Shown one piece after another: positions 54,701-64,000 of a stretch of DNA of 64,000 nucleotides. Each line of letters begins with the position of its first letter. The stretch's first letter is position 1. Origin of the DNA: Camelus dromedarius. Lineage: Eukaryota. The stretch covers positions 50,284,001-50,348,000 of the forward strand of contig NC_087447.1 in NCBI RefSeq assembly GCF_036321535.1, given 5' to 3'. The notes beneath the pieces are model-generated. The model was not told where the DNA came from. It saw only the letters and a list, made by a program, of their open reading frames with translations, and made no database searches. The position numbers and the translations under genes were made by a program.

Positions 54701-57700
54701 CCTCTGTTTTCATACTTTATTTCGGATTTAGCTGCTTTGTATGAGGTTAGAGCAATACAAGCAAGCACATTTTCCTAGAAGCAGAGGTGGTGAGATGTGT
54801 ACCCTATACATGTATACATTTTATCCATCTTTCTTTTTAAATATAAAGCAACTCATGGTTAGTTGCCATTTCAAGTGTATGGGTATACAGAAGAGCTCTT
54901 GAACTTTTCCAGGACTATAGAATATACTAGGCACACAGTTGAAACAGCTTTTATTCATTGCATGGAGCTCACTTTGCCTCTACCTCTACTTCACTATTAT
55001 TCTTTTATTCTAAACACTTTTATTCTTTTATTCTAAAGAACTTGTAAAGAAACATTTTTATTGTAAACACTTTTATTCTAAAGAACTTCTCTCATTTCTA
55101 ACTGCTTTAAATTGATCCTTATGTAACATATCAATATTCTTTATAAAGACAGTTTTCATATTTTATAAGATTCTTGTTCTATGATACTAGGGATCATAGG
55201 TTAGTTTATTAGTATTTTTCAATCCCTGGCTGTCTTTTCACAGTGAACTGATAAGTCTGGTTGGATGCATTTAGACAGTTTTCTGCCTTGATCCATGATC
55301 AGATGCTGTTCACTAGAGTCCATGTCCCCACCCCACCCCATCCCACGACAAAAAAATAAACGCTTTACATATAATATACTCAAATACCTATCTGTCAGAA
55401 CAGACAGCTTTTAAAAAATGATACTTTTCCCTTCATTGTGGAGAATTTGGAAAATACAGAAAGGTACAAAGAAAATTTTAAACCTATACTTTTCACCATT
55501 CAGAGAAACATATTTCTGTTAATTCCTTTTTCTATTCATTTTTTGTATAAATGTGTTTGTGTATATATGTATATTTTTAAAATTGATTTCAGATCTAATA
55601 TAATCACTTTTAATATTTTTTCATATAATAATATTTTTCCATTCCAAAATGTATTTTGATACCCCCCTCCCCACCCCAGATTAATGACTATACAGTGTTC
55701 CCTCATGTGATGCCTTATTTAGCTATTTAGCTATTTCTTCATTGTTGAATGTTTTAGGTTACTTAACTTTTTGGTCATAAATAATCCTGTGATGAACATC
55801 ATTATACATAAATTAGCATGTGAAGGTCTTACTTTCCTTGTATAATATCTAGAAGGCAAGTTCATGCTTCCAAAGTGTTTTCTAGAAAGGTCAAGTTTTT
55901 CTTTTTATAATATGTGGAAGGCATGATTATTTTTGCAGTTATTTAACTCACATCTTATGGAATCAAATATTTTCTTATATGTGTATATATAGAGAGAATT
56001 ACCAGATATGTAAGTCTCTTGGTGAGCTTTGTTGAGGACTGGTTGAAAAATTATGTCTATTTTATGCAGAAGATTGGGTACTTCAGAGATGAACTCATTA
56101 CCTTGATTCTCTGTGACAATGATAAGACTTGATTTTGATTCTCTTGATCTATAGTACAGTGTCCAGGCAAGGAGCGAGTGTTTATATATTTTTTCATTTG
56201 TTCATTCATTTACTCATTCTTTGAGCAAAGTAACATATAAATGTTACCCAAGAGATCAAGATTGTTGGCGTGATATAGGAACTGTGAATAGTGTAATCTG
56301 GACCAATAAATTTGTGTTCTTTAAGCCTACCTACCATAATACTCAAACTTTTACAGGCATCTTATTTTCGAATAAAAAATCCCTGGAATGTGTCAGTATC
56401 ATAGCCCATTATCCAAATGTGATTCACAATTACTTATACCTGTTGTATCTTGGCTATAGTAAAGACTGTATATATACAGGCGAGTTCTCTGATATGATGT
56501 GAGCCAGATACTGGATTGGGTGCTGTGATACATAGTGATATACATGAGGTGCATTCTCTGCACTAAAGAACACTAAACAAATCAACTGTGTATACTCTCT
56601 TACAACATAAGAACTATGGATTGAATACTGTGATAGCATAGAGGGAAACATTTTTTAAAAAATGAGTAAGACTTCAATATAACATAGATGTCAGCTGAGA
56701 TATAGAAACATGCTTATTGGAATTTAAAACTTTTATAATTTGATAATTCTAGACATAAATTGTATTCTATCTTAATATAATGCTGTACTTGCTTTTCCTT
56801 ATGCTATGCCTTTTTCTTCTATTTTCTAACACAGCCCCCCATTTTGTTAAGTTGGTAAACTTGATCTGTAACTGTCTCATAAGTTGACATACCTGTAATG
56901 AAAAGGATTTGACATTTTCATAGTTATGTGTATAATTCACTTGTTAAAAGCAAGTTTTGTCAAAAAAGTGGTTCTTATACTTTGGTGTAGAATTAAAGCT
57001 TGGTTTACATATCCTTGAGCTAGTTTTTAATGCTTGCTTTCTAAAAATACTTTTTTATTAACCAAATATTTGATGAGGCAGCATTGTCAGAGGAGGCATC
57101 ATAATCACATAAGAGGGACTGGAGTTAATTAAGAGTTAAAGTTGATATAAATGAATAATGGGCAGCTTTGTCTTTGTGGCTCTTAACCCCTCACTATTCA
57201 GAGACTACAGATAAAGGGAAAAGCATTTGTGAAACTGGTCCATGGTTAAAAGTGCCTTTTTATGTAACCTGAGCATATTACTTTGGACTGATAAGGCATT
57301 AGATGATGGCAAGTGTATTATAACGATTTTGTAGCAAGATTGCCAAAAATTGACATATAACTAGAATATTCTTAGAGCAATCTTATTTCTAAATCTCTAG
57401 TAAGGAATGCTAAGGTTTTCCAGTAGAAAAGAATAAAATTTTATTTTTTTTTGAGAATATATTAATCAGTCATGTTTTTAATGTGTATTCATTCTTTGCT
57501 TAGTCATTTGATAAATGATATGCAAGCCTAAAGATGAGAAGTATGACTTGCCTGTTTTTATAGGCAGAGGAAATTACAGGCACAAAGTAGCATTGGGATT
57601 GGGACTGGTGTGCTCAAGTACCAGTGTTGAAACCAACACACTGAAGGAGAGGTTTATATTGGATAATCCTGAAAATTAAAGTTGGAGGAAACCTGGAGGA

Positions 57701-60700
57701 CTAAGCAGAGGAGTTTAGTCTTTGTGTGGTAGGTAATAGGAAGCCATAGTGAAGAAGTTTCTTGTTAGACTAGAGTTTATGGTGTGTGTTGTAGAGTAGG
57801 AACAAATAAGATCGAGTTGGTAAATTTAAGGCCAGATCATGAAAGATTCTGAAACCCAAAAGGGATAGTTGGGACTAAATACAATGGGGATTTGAAAGGT
57901 TTTTGACCAATTTCACATGTTGTTGGTTCTTGACATGATGAAATTAGGTTTTTTTTTAAGGATGTTTGATATGACAGGGAGCATCAGAGCTATTTGCATG
58001 ATAGAGAAACTTGAAATAGGGAGGAAATACGGGAAGGCAAGAGAGATGAGGGCCTGTCTCTTGAGCTGGCATTGATAACATTTTGAAAGAAGACATGTGT
58101 TGGTGAATTCATTCACATACTCATTGAACAATGATTACTTGAGTAATTGCCATACAGTGTATGCTAAGCACTGAGGAGTCAGTGACATAAAAAGATACAG
58201 TGTGGAGCTCAAGGGGCTTTCATTTTGTTAGGGGATACAGGGAGTGAAGACAAGGCAAGAGTCAAAGATTTGCTTCAGGATTTCCAATTTGGACAATTAG
58301 AAGAATATAGGGTATAAATTTGGTAGGTAGATTTGATAGGTGGAAAAAGCAGCAGATTGTGGAAGGATTTAGGGGAGAGGGCAAGGTAATATTATGTTTG
58401 GATTAGTAGATATAGATCTACTAAATAGATTTCAATGGTTGAAAATATAAATATATGCATATATGTATATAAATCAGAGTTTCATTCTCAGACTCTTCAG
58501 TGCTACAGATTCCAAGGGTACACATTTTATCTGACTTAGTTTGTGAGTCACTGTTTTTTTTTTTGGTCACGTAGAAATAGATGACTTATTTCTTTTCATA
58601 AATCTTCTCTACAATTTGGTGTTATTTGATAAGTGTTTACCTCTTTTTTATATTGTTTTTCAAGAGTTTTCCTATCACACTAGTCACATAGATAATAATA
58701 TCAGGTTTGGGAGAAATATTTATCATGTATTAGAGATTCTGATTTGTTTCAGTTAACTAGTCAGGAGAATATTGATGGGGAAGGAGATAATGATATTTTT
58801 AGATTCTGAATTTGGTGTGTAGGTCCTCAGATTCCAAAAAGATGGATGCTTTAAGAGTTAACTCTTAATATTCTCTCATTGTAGGACAACTTGTAATTTA
58901 TTCTTTCAGGCCTTCACTTTCATCCTCATGACAGTCTTCACGTCATCGAGGGATGACATTGACTACATGTATTAATTGTGTGCAACATAAACAGAAATAA
59001 CCAAATATCACTAGTCCTTAACTCAGGCCTCCTTTTCTCCCCCCTTCTCTAAGGAACGACTACCAAAATCACTACAATCCCAATGACTTCCAAGCCCAAT
59101 GTGATTGTTGTGCAAAAGACAACAGGAAAAGGAACGACCATTCAAGGCCTCCCGGGCAAAAACGTTGTCACAACATTGCTAAATGCTGGAGTAAGTAAGA
59201 GCTTGAACTGCAGACTCAGCAATCCACTGAGGATTTTAAAGACCAGCTATACAAATATTTGCCTAAGGACTTCAGAACCCACAATGGCCAGAATGGCTTG
59301 ATTTACCACTACTGTGATGTAATAACTGTTAAAATACCACCTACTGATGCCATTTTTCACAGTAACTTCTAAAACATGTTGCTCACAGCTAGGTTGCTTA
59401 TGACCATGATTTAGATGCTTAGCTTGGTCCAGGTGGAGGATTCCACTGTCTTAACTACAGAGGGGCTTCTGTTAGAGGACAATTTTATTCCTGCTTATGG
59501 CCAATAGATACCAGTCTAGTATTTCACCTAGGCCGGGCAAAGAAAAATATTTGGGACTAAGACTAAATTAATGACAAGGATTTGCTACTTTCATTTTTTC
59601 ATTTTTACCTCTTTGAGCTAATGAAAAAACATCGAATACGTAACAGATTGATTTATAGTTCTGTAGGCAGTGGTTAAGAGATTTAGAGTTAGCCAAACCT
59701 AGGCTTTGTCTCTGAGTATCGTAGTTGTTTGACCCTGACTTATTCAGCTTCTCTTATCCTTAATTTCCTCATTTGTACATTGGGGATGATGATCTCTACC
59801 AATGATTATGTTCAGTAACTGGTAGCTGTTTTGAAAGTGCTTAGAACAGTGCCTGGCACATAGGAAATCCTCAATAAATTGTGTTTTCTTATTGTATTAC
59901 TCTTGTACTTAACTTGTTAGGCTTGGTAATGTCCCTACTTTGCTAGGAAAAAGAATGCTATACTTCATTGTAGTTGATTTCTAGTAGTTTCCTAGGCAAC
60001 TCAGTCTTTACAATATTGGTAGGGGTCCAGTATTAGATATTCTTATCACATGGGAAAACGTAGAGTTTTCCTAGCCTGTGTTCATATAGTAAGCCAAAAG
60101 TAAGTCCAGGATTAGAATTCAGGTTTTCAGAACCCTTTATCTTTGGTTTGTAATTTCTTGAACTTGGTATTAAGTTTGATATGAATTTGATATTATGATG
60201 CCATGTACCTTAGGTCCTAAGGTCACATAGATCTAAGAGTGGTGTGTGGATCCTAGCTGCTGGATATGTCTAATAGGAAGTTTGACATAGGAAATGATAC
60301 TAAAACAAGCAGATCAGAGTATAAGACTATCCTCTTCACCACATATGTACATGCACCTATACTTAAAACTTGCTCACCTGTGTATGCATACACAACACAC
60401 ACGCGCGCGCACACACACACGTGCGCGCACACACTCACCCACCCCAGAAGAGCTTTTCCAAAAAATAGCCTGATAGTTGGTTTTGATTGGTTTGAATGGG
60501 TCGTTAAATAGCCCATTGGGCTATTTTAATAGGCATGCCCACTTACAAACTAGCAGCTTTTGGCAAGTGAACTAGAGCTTTTTCCAGAGATGCTGCTTTG
60601 AAGGGTGTGTGTGTTAAGTAATCACACAAGTGGCAGACACTTCGTGTTTCCCTTAGATAATTGCAGCAGATACTTAAACCTGAGAGTTTTATAATCGTTT

Positions 60701-63700
60701 GCTATAAATTCACAAAGTGATTACCTTTTTGCCAGCTCACCTGGGTGCTTTATTTTTACTGGCTAAGATTAGATGGCTATGCATGTAGAAAATTAAGAGT
60801 AATAAGGTAAAAAAAATTTAGATCCTTTCCTTTTTAATTTTATGGATTTTAATTTTTAAAATTATAATAGATTAGTGAAATCACTGTATTTGAATTTATT
60901 TCAGTTAAGCTCAAGTATTGACTCCATAAATGACCAGAAAATGGTACTTAACAACAAAACAGATGAAAATGCAGAAAATGGTGAAAAGTTAATGGGCTTA
61001 AACTATCTCATTAATAGACTAAAGTGATATTAGTAACATACTAATGTGGGAAATGTCCTAAGTTTTTCCTTTGTGTTTTCCCATATAACTTCAGAAAGAA
61101 TGTTAATATCTCTGCTGATTTCATCTCTTGCCCATACTTTTTCACAAAGACATTCTGCTATATATCCTTGTAATTTCATATTTGGGGAACTTAGGCAGTT
61201 TATTTTGTATATGTTACATTTAGCTATTGATCTAATGAATAGTGATTTTTTGTCACACATATGTTCATTTCATATAAATAGCAAATAAAGATGAATGGGG
61301 GAGACAAGACCTATCATCCGAACTCTGAGAGATAACCATTGTTAACATTTTAATATATGTTCTTTTATAATTTTTGACTTTTAATATATGTATTCTGTGA
61401 ATGAGACAGTATAATATGTATTCTTACATGAGGTAATTTTTAGAAATTCACTCATCAAGAAATATTTAATGCCTTCTTTGGACAGAAAGTTAGTCAGATG
61501 AATTCTAAGATCATTTTAACTAGCTCTAAGATTTTTGATTGCCTGGAAACATTGTACTTTGTTGCATAATTTACAGCCATTTCCCCATCGTCCCAGCGAA
61601 ACCTTTCTGTGATACTTCAGTGAAAGGATAATTTTTATCATTTAAATGCATATAAATCTCATATATTTACTGACTTCAATTTAGGGAGAAAAGACTATTC
61701 AGACAGTGCCAACAGGAGCCAAGCCAGCTATTATCACTGCTACAAGACCCATCACCAAAATGATTGTAACTCAACCAAAAGGAATAGGTTCTGCAGTTCA
61801 ACCAGCAGCTAAAATCATCCCAACAAAAATTGTTTACGGGCAGCAAGGGAAAACACAGGTATGCCATAAGATGTGATTTTTCTTGACTCTGATATATTTC
61901 AAATTCCTAAAATTCCAAGGTAGAAATTTGAATGAAATGATCAGTAATCTTTAAAGAATCAGATTGTTAAAAGTTATGACTGAATGTGTATAATCATCTA
62001 TTTTCAAAACCTGTGTTTCTCTTTTCAGTACTTTTTTGATACCTAAATATTTGTGTCATGTTATGACCAAAGATTAGGGAAAAGACTCCCTTTGGATTTC
62101 TTGGAATAAAATTCACTGAAGGTGTATATTGTTTGAGAAGTAGATGGTTGAGGGAGCATGATAGTTATTCATAAATCTCTCAAAGAAAAGTATTTATTTT
62201 TTATAAGCTTATATGGCCTTCTAAAGCACTTTGCTTATCTTTACTTATAAAATTTGATTTACTTGAAACCTGAGTAATGGAAAAGCTAGAGATCTATTCC
62301 TTTTTCAACCAGTAGACAATAAGAGAACTTTTCTGGGAAACTGAGGCTCAGCATTTAATCCTGTGTAGCTAGGCTACTCTTTATTTTACATGTACTTTAA
62401 CTACTTTTCTAAGACTATCAAAGGAAGCAATGTCAGCTTTGGTTGAGAAATGCTCTAGAATTTTTGTAGAAGATAATAATTTACCTATAAATTAATAATT
62501 TGCCATTAGAATCAGTTCCCTCAGAATGGTGGCCAAATAGTTTATATATCTAAACAAATAAATTTTGTGATTAGAAGCAAATTCAAATTGCCTTTAACTG
62601 TAACAGTTGCTTTGCTCTGTGATCTATAACCTATGTTTTCATTCTTGAATTTTGGGAAATGAATGACTTAATAGAGCCTGAAAAGGTTTAGAATCTTATA
62701 TATGGGTGAAATAAAAAATAATTGTGACATGGTGACATTTTTATTCCATGTACCCAAGTGAAGTTAACTCCTAGAGTCCAAATTTTGAAGTGGAATGGTT
62801 CAGTTTGAATTTTCCTTCCATTTCACTTGTTTTAGTGTCTATGATTTTGACCCTTGCCAGAAGTTGTCTACCACATGTTCCATGTTGCTTCTCATAGTTG
62901 TCTAAATCAGCATTCATCTGCGATTTCCTCAAAGATAACTTAGGTCCTAAGCAAGTTTACTTTGTGCAGGTGTGTTAATTAGGAATTTCATCTGGACGGG
63001 AATGGTATAGCTCAGTGGTAGAGCACATGCCTAGCATGCATGAGGTCCTGGGTTCAATCCCCAGTACCTTCTCTAAAATAAATAAATAAATAAACCCAAC
63101 CCCCCCCCAAATGTTTTTAAACAATTTAAATTTTTTAAAAGATTTTTTTAAATAATAAAATAAGGAACTTCATTTGGTTGCTAATGAAAAGAAACCTGAA
63201 GAACAGTGACTTAAACAAATTAGGGTTTTATTTTTTATTGTGTTAAATATTTGAGGAAGGGAATCCTGGCCTGCTTTTGTGGCTCAAAAATTCCATTGGG
63301 AATCTAGGTACCTTGTCTTTCTGTTCTGCCATCAGTAGCTTATGGCTACCATTCTACTCTATATCCTACATATTGTGAAATGACTCCTGAAGTCATTCTA
63401 GGCAAGGAAAAACAGGGGCAAAGGCTCTTGTCAGAATCATAGCTGTTGTAATCTGGCATGTACCAGTTAAAATGTTGTATGTGGCCTGCTATAATTTTTT
63501 CATAGAGTAAATTTGTCTTTGATAAACAGTGTTGTGCCCAAAGCATAATACATGTACAGAATGTGATTTTCCATGTCAGGAAAATACTTGTTTATGACCT
63601 AGAAGTTAAGCATTTTTAAAATGCTCTAAAATTTATACTGGGTGTATTTCTGCTTTTCTTCTAGGTCCTTATTAAACCCAAACCAGTGACATTTCAAGCC

Positions 63701-63863
63701 ACAGTTGTTAGTGAACAAACAAGGCAGCTGGTCACAGAAACATTACAGCAAGCATCCAGGGTGGCAGAGGCTGGTAATTCATCTATTCAGGAGGGAAAAG
63801 AAGAACCACAGAGTTACACAGATAGTAGTTCCTCTTCTACAGAGTCCTCCCAAAGTTCCCAAG
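12638..63863 (+). CDS. EMSY: EMSY transcriptional repressor (BRCA2-interacting, ENT domain), 5' part: join(12638..12707,17863..17962,19431..19505,24339..24514,26124..26273,28227..28486,36749..37025,47204..47458,50499..50648,53270..53440,59054..59190,61685..61858,63665..63863); incomplete at 3' end
   Basis: The spliced translation [82 protein letters not shown]... is recognisably EMSY. All junctions are GT-AG with matching phases. An in-frame upstream TAG at 10865-10867 supports ATG 12638 as the start. Confidence 0.98.
13272..13473. mobile_element. hAT-Charlie MITE (MER112-like)
   Basis: Degenerate TIRs CAGCCTTTTTCAAC / GTTGAGAAATACAG; internal GAGAATTAAGCCCTAATG. Confidence 0.6.
13668..13779 (-). 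mobile_element. tRNA-Ala-derived SINE (camelid Vic-1-like)
   Basis: Minus strand reads GGTATAGCTCAGTGGTAGAG...GGTTCAATCCCCAGTACCTCCA (A and B boxes) followed by an A-rich tail. Confidence 0.9.
16660..17090. mobile_element. MaLR LTR remnant (MLT1H-like)
   Basis: GGTTTAAAACAAC, CTCTCTCCATGTGG, TTGGCCGAAGCAAGTCACATG motifs. Confidence 0.65.
17863..17962 (+). CDS. EMSY: EMSY exon 3 (ENT domain): [34 protein letters not shown]
   Basis: ttcttcttctag|AA ... TAG|gtaaat; 100 nt, phase 1-2. Confidence 0.97.
19431..19505 (+). CDS. EMSY: EMSY exon 4 (ENT domain): [24 protein letters not shown]
   Basis: tttttcatag|CA ... TAA|gtaagc; 75 nt, phase 2-2. Confidence 0.97.
20851..20892 (+). CDS. EMSY: EMSY alternative 42-nt cassette exon, junction reads [15 protein letters not shown]
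   Basis: Long pyrimidine tract + aag|, donor CAG|gtatgc, frame-preserving phase 2-2, no stop; matches the insert I recall from longer EMSY isoforms. Confidence 0.88.
23090..23280 (+). mobile_element. MIR SINE
   Basis: AGCTGTGTGACCTTAGGCAAGTTATTTAGCCTCTCAGTGACTCAGTTTTCCCATCTATAAAATGG. Confidence 0.85.
24339..24514 (+). CDS. EMSY: EMSY exon 5: [27 protein letters not shown]...GSKE; includes the HP1-binding RLVPL motif (24385-24399, residues 98-102)
   Basis: ttgtttag|TA ... AAG|gtgagt; 176 nt. Confidence 0.97.
26121..26273 (+). CDS. EMSY: EMSY exon 6 (starts 26121 or 26124): [13 protein letters not shown]...STVYVK
   Basis: ccttCAGTAG tandem acceptor; donor AAA|gtaagt; 153 or 150 nt. Confidence 0.97.
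27380..28150 (-). mobile_element. L2 LINE remnant
   Basis: CATTCATTCA tail then purine-rich degenerate L2 3' sequence. Confidence 0.6.
28227..28486 (+). CDS. EMSY: EMSY exon 7: [24 protein letters not shown]...TTTQK (basic NLS-like cluster; T207/S209)
   Basis: cctttcag|GT ... AAG|gtatgt; 260 nt. Confidence 0.97.
29130..30960 (-). mobile_element. Old L1/HAL1-like remnant interrupted by a MIR (~29700-29920)
   Basis: T-rich antisense L1-like text (TATTCTAGGTGGGAGGTTATTTTCTTGAGAATTTTGAAG). Confidence 0.5.
34690..36435. mobile_element. L2 remnant with nested L1MD-like 3' end (~35445-35935)
   Basis: L2 3' end CCTGGCACATAGTAGATGCTCAACAAATATTT; L1 TTAGAACAGTTATAGATATACAGAAAAATT. Confidence 0.65.
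36749..37025 (+). CDS. EMSY: EMSY exon 8: [23 protein letters not shown]...STVAQ (Ser/Thr-rich)
   Basis: ttccttag|GT ... AAG|gtaagt; 277 nt. Confidence 0.97.
39190..41100 (-). mobile_element. Old L1 3' region (L1MC4/5-like)
   Basis: TTTTATTATGGAAAATTCCAAACAT...GAAGCAAATCCC...GGAAAAGCAGGAT motifs. Confidence 0.55.
44023..44244. mobile_element. MER20 hAT-Charlie element nested in an L1M ORF2 remnant (~43380-44470)
   Basis: TIRs GGTTCTCAACC / GGTTGAGATC; internal TGTGCATTGTAGGATG..AGCAGCAT, CTAGATACCAGTAGCAC. Confidence 0.8.
44490..45350 (-). mobile_element. L1MC5-like 3' region with internal degenerate TCTGACAC repeats
   Basis: CAGCCATTTCTCCAAGGAGCCCTG..TTCCTTTTAGTGG hallmark, followed by a repeat array. 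Confidence 0.6.
47204..47458 (+). CDS. EMSY: EMSY exon 9: [18 protein letters not shown]...IKQES (Gln/Pro-rich)
   Basis: cttctatag|GT ... CAG|gtacgt; 255 nt. Confidence 0.97.
48150..49552 (-). mobile_element. L1 (L1MA/L1MB-like) 3' UTR and ORF2 C-terminal remnant
   Basis: Minus-strand peptide [27 protein letters not shown] resembles L1 ORF2; TTCCACCAGCAATGTATGAGGGTTCCAATTTCTCCACATCCT. Confidence 0.9.
50499..50648 (+). CDS. EMSY: EMSY exon 10: [18 protein letters not shown]...VTTPT
   Basis: tctttcaaag|GT ... CTG|gtaagt; 150 nt. Confidence 0.97.
51630..51940 (-). mobile_element. L1MA/MB 3' end with a 5'-truncated SINE tail nested at ~51690-51755
   Basis: GCATTAAGTACATTCACAC, CCCAAACTGAAACTCTGTACC; the insert reads (AAAT)n-AAACCTAAATGCCTCCC on the minus strand. 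Confidence 0.7.
53270..53440 (+). CDS. EMSY: EMSY exon 11: [17 protein letters not shown]...SSNIVS
   Basis: tttttatag|GC ... CTG|gtaggt; 171 nt. Confidence 0.97.
59054..59190 (+). CDS. EMSY: EMSY exon 12: [22 protein letters not shown]...LLNAG
   Basis: ccttctctaag|GA ... GGA|gtaagt; 137 nt. Confidence 0.97.
60395..60434. repeat. Mixed (CA)/(CG) alternating purine-pyrimidine tract
   Basis: 40 bp of uninterrupted alternation read directly. Confidence 0.9.
61685..61858 (+). CDS. EMSY: EMSY exon 13: [22 protein letters not shown]...QQGKTQ
   Basis: caatttag|GG ... CAG|gtatgc; 174 nt, phase 0-0. Confidence 0.96.
62996..63162 (+). mobile_element. tRNA-Ala-derived SINE (camelid Vic-1-like) with target-site duplication
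   Basis: A box TAGCTCAGTGG, B box GGTTCAATCC, (AAAT)n tail; TSD AGGAATTTCATCTGG 62981-62995 / AGGAACTTCATTTGG 63163-63177. Confidence 0.92.
63665..63863 (+). CDS. EMSY: EMSY exon 14: [18 protein letters not shown]...SSQSSQ
   Basis: ttttcttctag|GT ... AAG|gtaaga; 199 nt. Confidence 0.97.
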
Positions 63864-64000
63864 GTAAGATCCACTTTACTTCTGATTTATATAATTACTG
63901 CTAACATAGTGCCAAAATAGTTGCATCTAGGGATCTCAAACAAACATGTATGCTTTGATTTGTCAGTTCTTTTGATTTTATTGTCTTTCGTTTGGTATGT

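Noticed and set aside
58851..58868. 18-bp perfect palindrome TTAAGAGTTAACTCTTAA (and a 9-bp stem at 58403-58424)
   Set aside because: Within chance expectation for 64 kb of AT-rich DNA
59015..59022. TCCTTAAC, the U12-type branch consensus, before exon 12
   Set aside because: The intron donor is GTAGGT (U2-type) and a long pyrimidine tract follows, so this is an ordinary U2 branch region

Overview
Mammalian genomic DNA, very probably camelid (two tRNA-Ala-derived SINEs resembling the camelid Vic-1 family). The window holds about 10 kb of repeat-rich upstream sequence, a CpG-island promoter (~10.2-11.8 kb) and the 5' part of EMSY (C11orf30; BRCA2/HP1-interacting transcriptional repressor) on the + strand. 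I read a non-coding exon 1 and 13 core coding exons (2,194 nt, 731 codons, every junction GT-AG and in phase), plus a 42-nt cassette exon and a NAGNAG acceptor. The gene runs off the right end. Introns contain old MIR, L2, L1M, MLT and hAT remnants; subfamily calls are from memory of consensus sequences and boundaries are approximate. Most notable is a spliced, stop-free 91-codon ORF that starts at a uATG in exon 1 and overlaps most of the ENT-domain coding region in the +1 frame; the ORF track cannot show it because it spans introns. Other points of interest are a candidate 15-nt micro-exon feeding the same frame, a promoter with three ZNF143/THAP11-type motifs and a divergent TISU/YY1-like start, and a ~100-bp diverged intronic direct repeat.
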